Positions 43,651 through 44,151 of a DNA stretch of 44,151 nucleotides are shown here, in pieces (the first letter of the stretch is position 1; each line of letters opens with the position of its first letter). The translations under genes were made by a program, and so were the position numbers. This stretch comes from an uncultured Selenomonadaceae bacterium (GTDB taxonomy: Bacteria > Bacillota > Negativicutes > Selenomonadales > Selenomonadaceae), in NCBI GenBank assembly GCA_945873565.1, contig CAMCDL010000001.1, positions 1 through 44,151 of the forward strand. Reading direction: 5' to 3'. The notes under the pieces were generated by a model, which saw only the letters and a program-made list of their open reading frames with translations, was not told the DNA's origin and searched no databases.

Positions 43651-43805
43651 TGCCAGCGTATGCGAAATTTCCCCATATCCCCCCCGGCTGTTTTGGGTCC
43701 TTCCTAGGGCCCAAGCCAGTACGGGTCTGCGAGTCGCGGAAATCGCATGCGTAAATTTTTGAAAAACCTATTGACTTTTTGACTAATTGCTAGGAGGTGA
43801 GGGGC

Positions 43806-44106
43806 ATGACTGATGTGAATAAGACAAAAGATGAAGATATAAGTAAAATATTCATTTTTTCGACTTCTGCGACCTGCGAATTCTTTCGCTGCAGCAGAGA
43901 AACTTTGTCAAATTGGGCTGACCAGGGTGCCCCGAAGGTCTCGCGTGGCAAATGGAATATCCGGGAGCTGATGGAATGGCGTTATGGAGGCAATGGTGGC
44001 AAGGATAGCCCGGAGGTGCGAAAGCTGAAAGCTGAAGCAGACTTGAAGGAAACACGGGCCGCCCAGGAAAGAATAAAGCTTGGTGTGACTAGAACGGAAT
44101 TTATTC
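43806..44106 (+). CDS. Terminase small subunit (Nu1/HTH type), 3' end cut off by the contig end and adapter
   Basis: ATG 43806 follows TAGGAGGTGAGGGG. It reads ATCEFFRCSRETLSNWADQGAPKVSRGKWNIRELMEWR (HTH), followed by a coiled coil. No stop occurs before the adapter starts at 44107. Confidence 0.6.
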
Positions 44107-44151
44107 CTGTCTCTTATACACATCTGACGCTGCCGACGATATGCAGTGTGT
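44107..44151. other. Illumina Nextera adapter read-through (sequencing or assembly artefact)
   Basis: There is an exact CTGTCTCTTATACACATCT mosaic end (44107-44125). It is followed by GACGCTGCCGACGA (44126-44139), the 8-nt index TATGCAGT and GTGT, the start of the P5 tail. Confidence 0.97.

Larger units (their letters stand above)
27657..44106. mobile_element. Prophage, left ~16.5 kb, temperate siphovirus-like; the right part is off-contig
   Basis: It shows a contiguous phage gene order: integrase, accessory genes, ImmA/XRE/Cro switch, replication module, late regulator, terS. The left boundary is only bracketed to 27,600-28,060 and no att repeat is visible in the window. Confidence 0.8.

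Noticed and set aside
43852-44123. Two minus-strand ORFs (67 and 71 aa) opposite terS
   Set aside because: One starts inside the Nextera adapter (the MCIRDR artefact peptide). Both are antisense to the RBS-led terS frame.

Overview
The window has two parts. All calls rest on reading the sequence and on remembered family motifs, because no database search was possible.

(1) Positions 1 to about 27,650 are chromosomal backbone of a Bacillota-type genome.
- The left edge is decayed: an IS3-family element, a multiply stopped YhcG/DUF1016 pseudogene and a PTS-EIIA stub.
- Housekeeping genes follow: ybaK-like, an acyltransferase, an Asp/Glu racemase, a MATE pump, lon-engB, an AhbA/AhbB-like pair, mgtC and a 3D-domain wall protein.
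- A stand-alone tRNA-Glu(CUC) comes next.
- A minus-strand GT39/GtrB/GtrA surface-glycosylation operon follows.
- The remaining genes are a ttcA-like gene, dapB-asd, and a PyrR-attenuated pyrB-pyrC-carA-carB-pyrF-pyrE operon.

(2) From about 27,660 to the contig end lies the left ~16.5 kb of a temperate siphovirus-like prophage.
- Integration and accessory genes: a small HTH gene, a large serine integrase, HicAB and DinD.
- Lysogeny switch: ImmA-like, XRE repressor and Cro-like genes.
- Replication module: Gp157, P-loop ATPase, DUF669, ERCC4 nuclease, replisome organizer and primase-helicase.
- Before the late genes: a pentapeptide-repeat protein followed by an acidic protein.
- Late end: a sigma-like late regulator and a truncated terS.

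The last 45 nt are Illumina Nextera adapter, not biology.

I cannot show that any system here is new. The best candidates for under-described biology are:
- the integrase-to-repressor accessory island, with three promoter/short-transcript/terminator units, HicAB, DinD and a frameshifted small ORF;
- the pentapeptide-repeat and acidic-protein pair with a degenerate duplicate;
- an iteron plus AT-rich putative origin inside the replisome-organizer gene;
- the phased 10-bp repeats, promoter, terminator and GC-rich inverted-repeat block upstream of terS.
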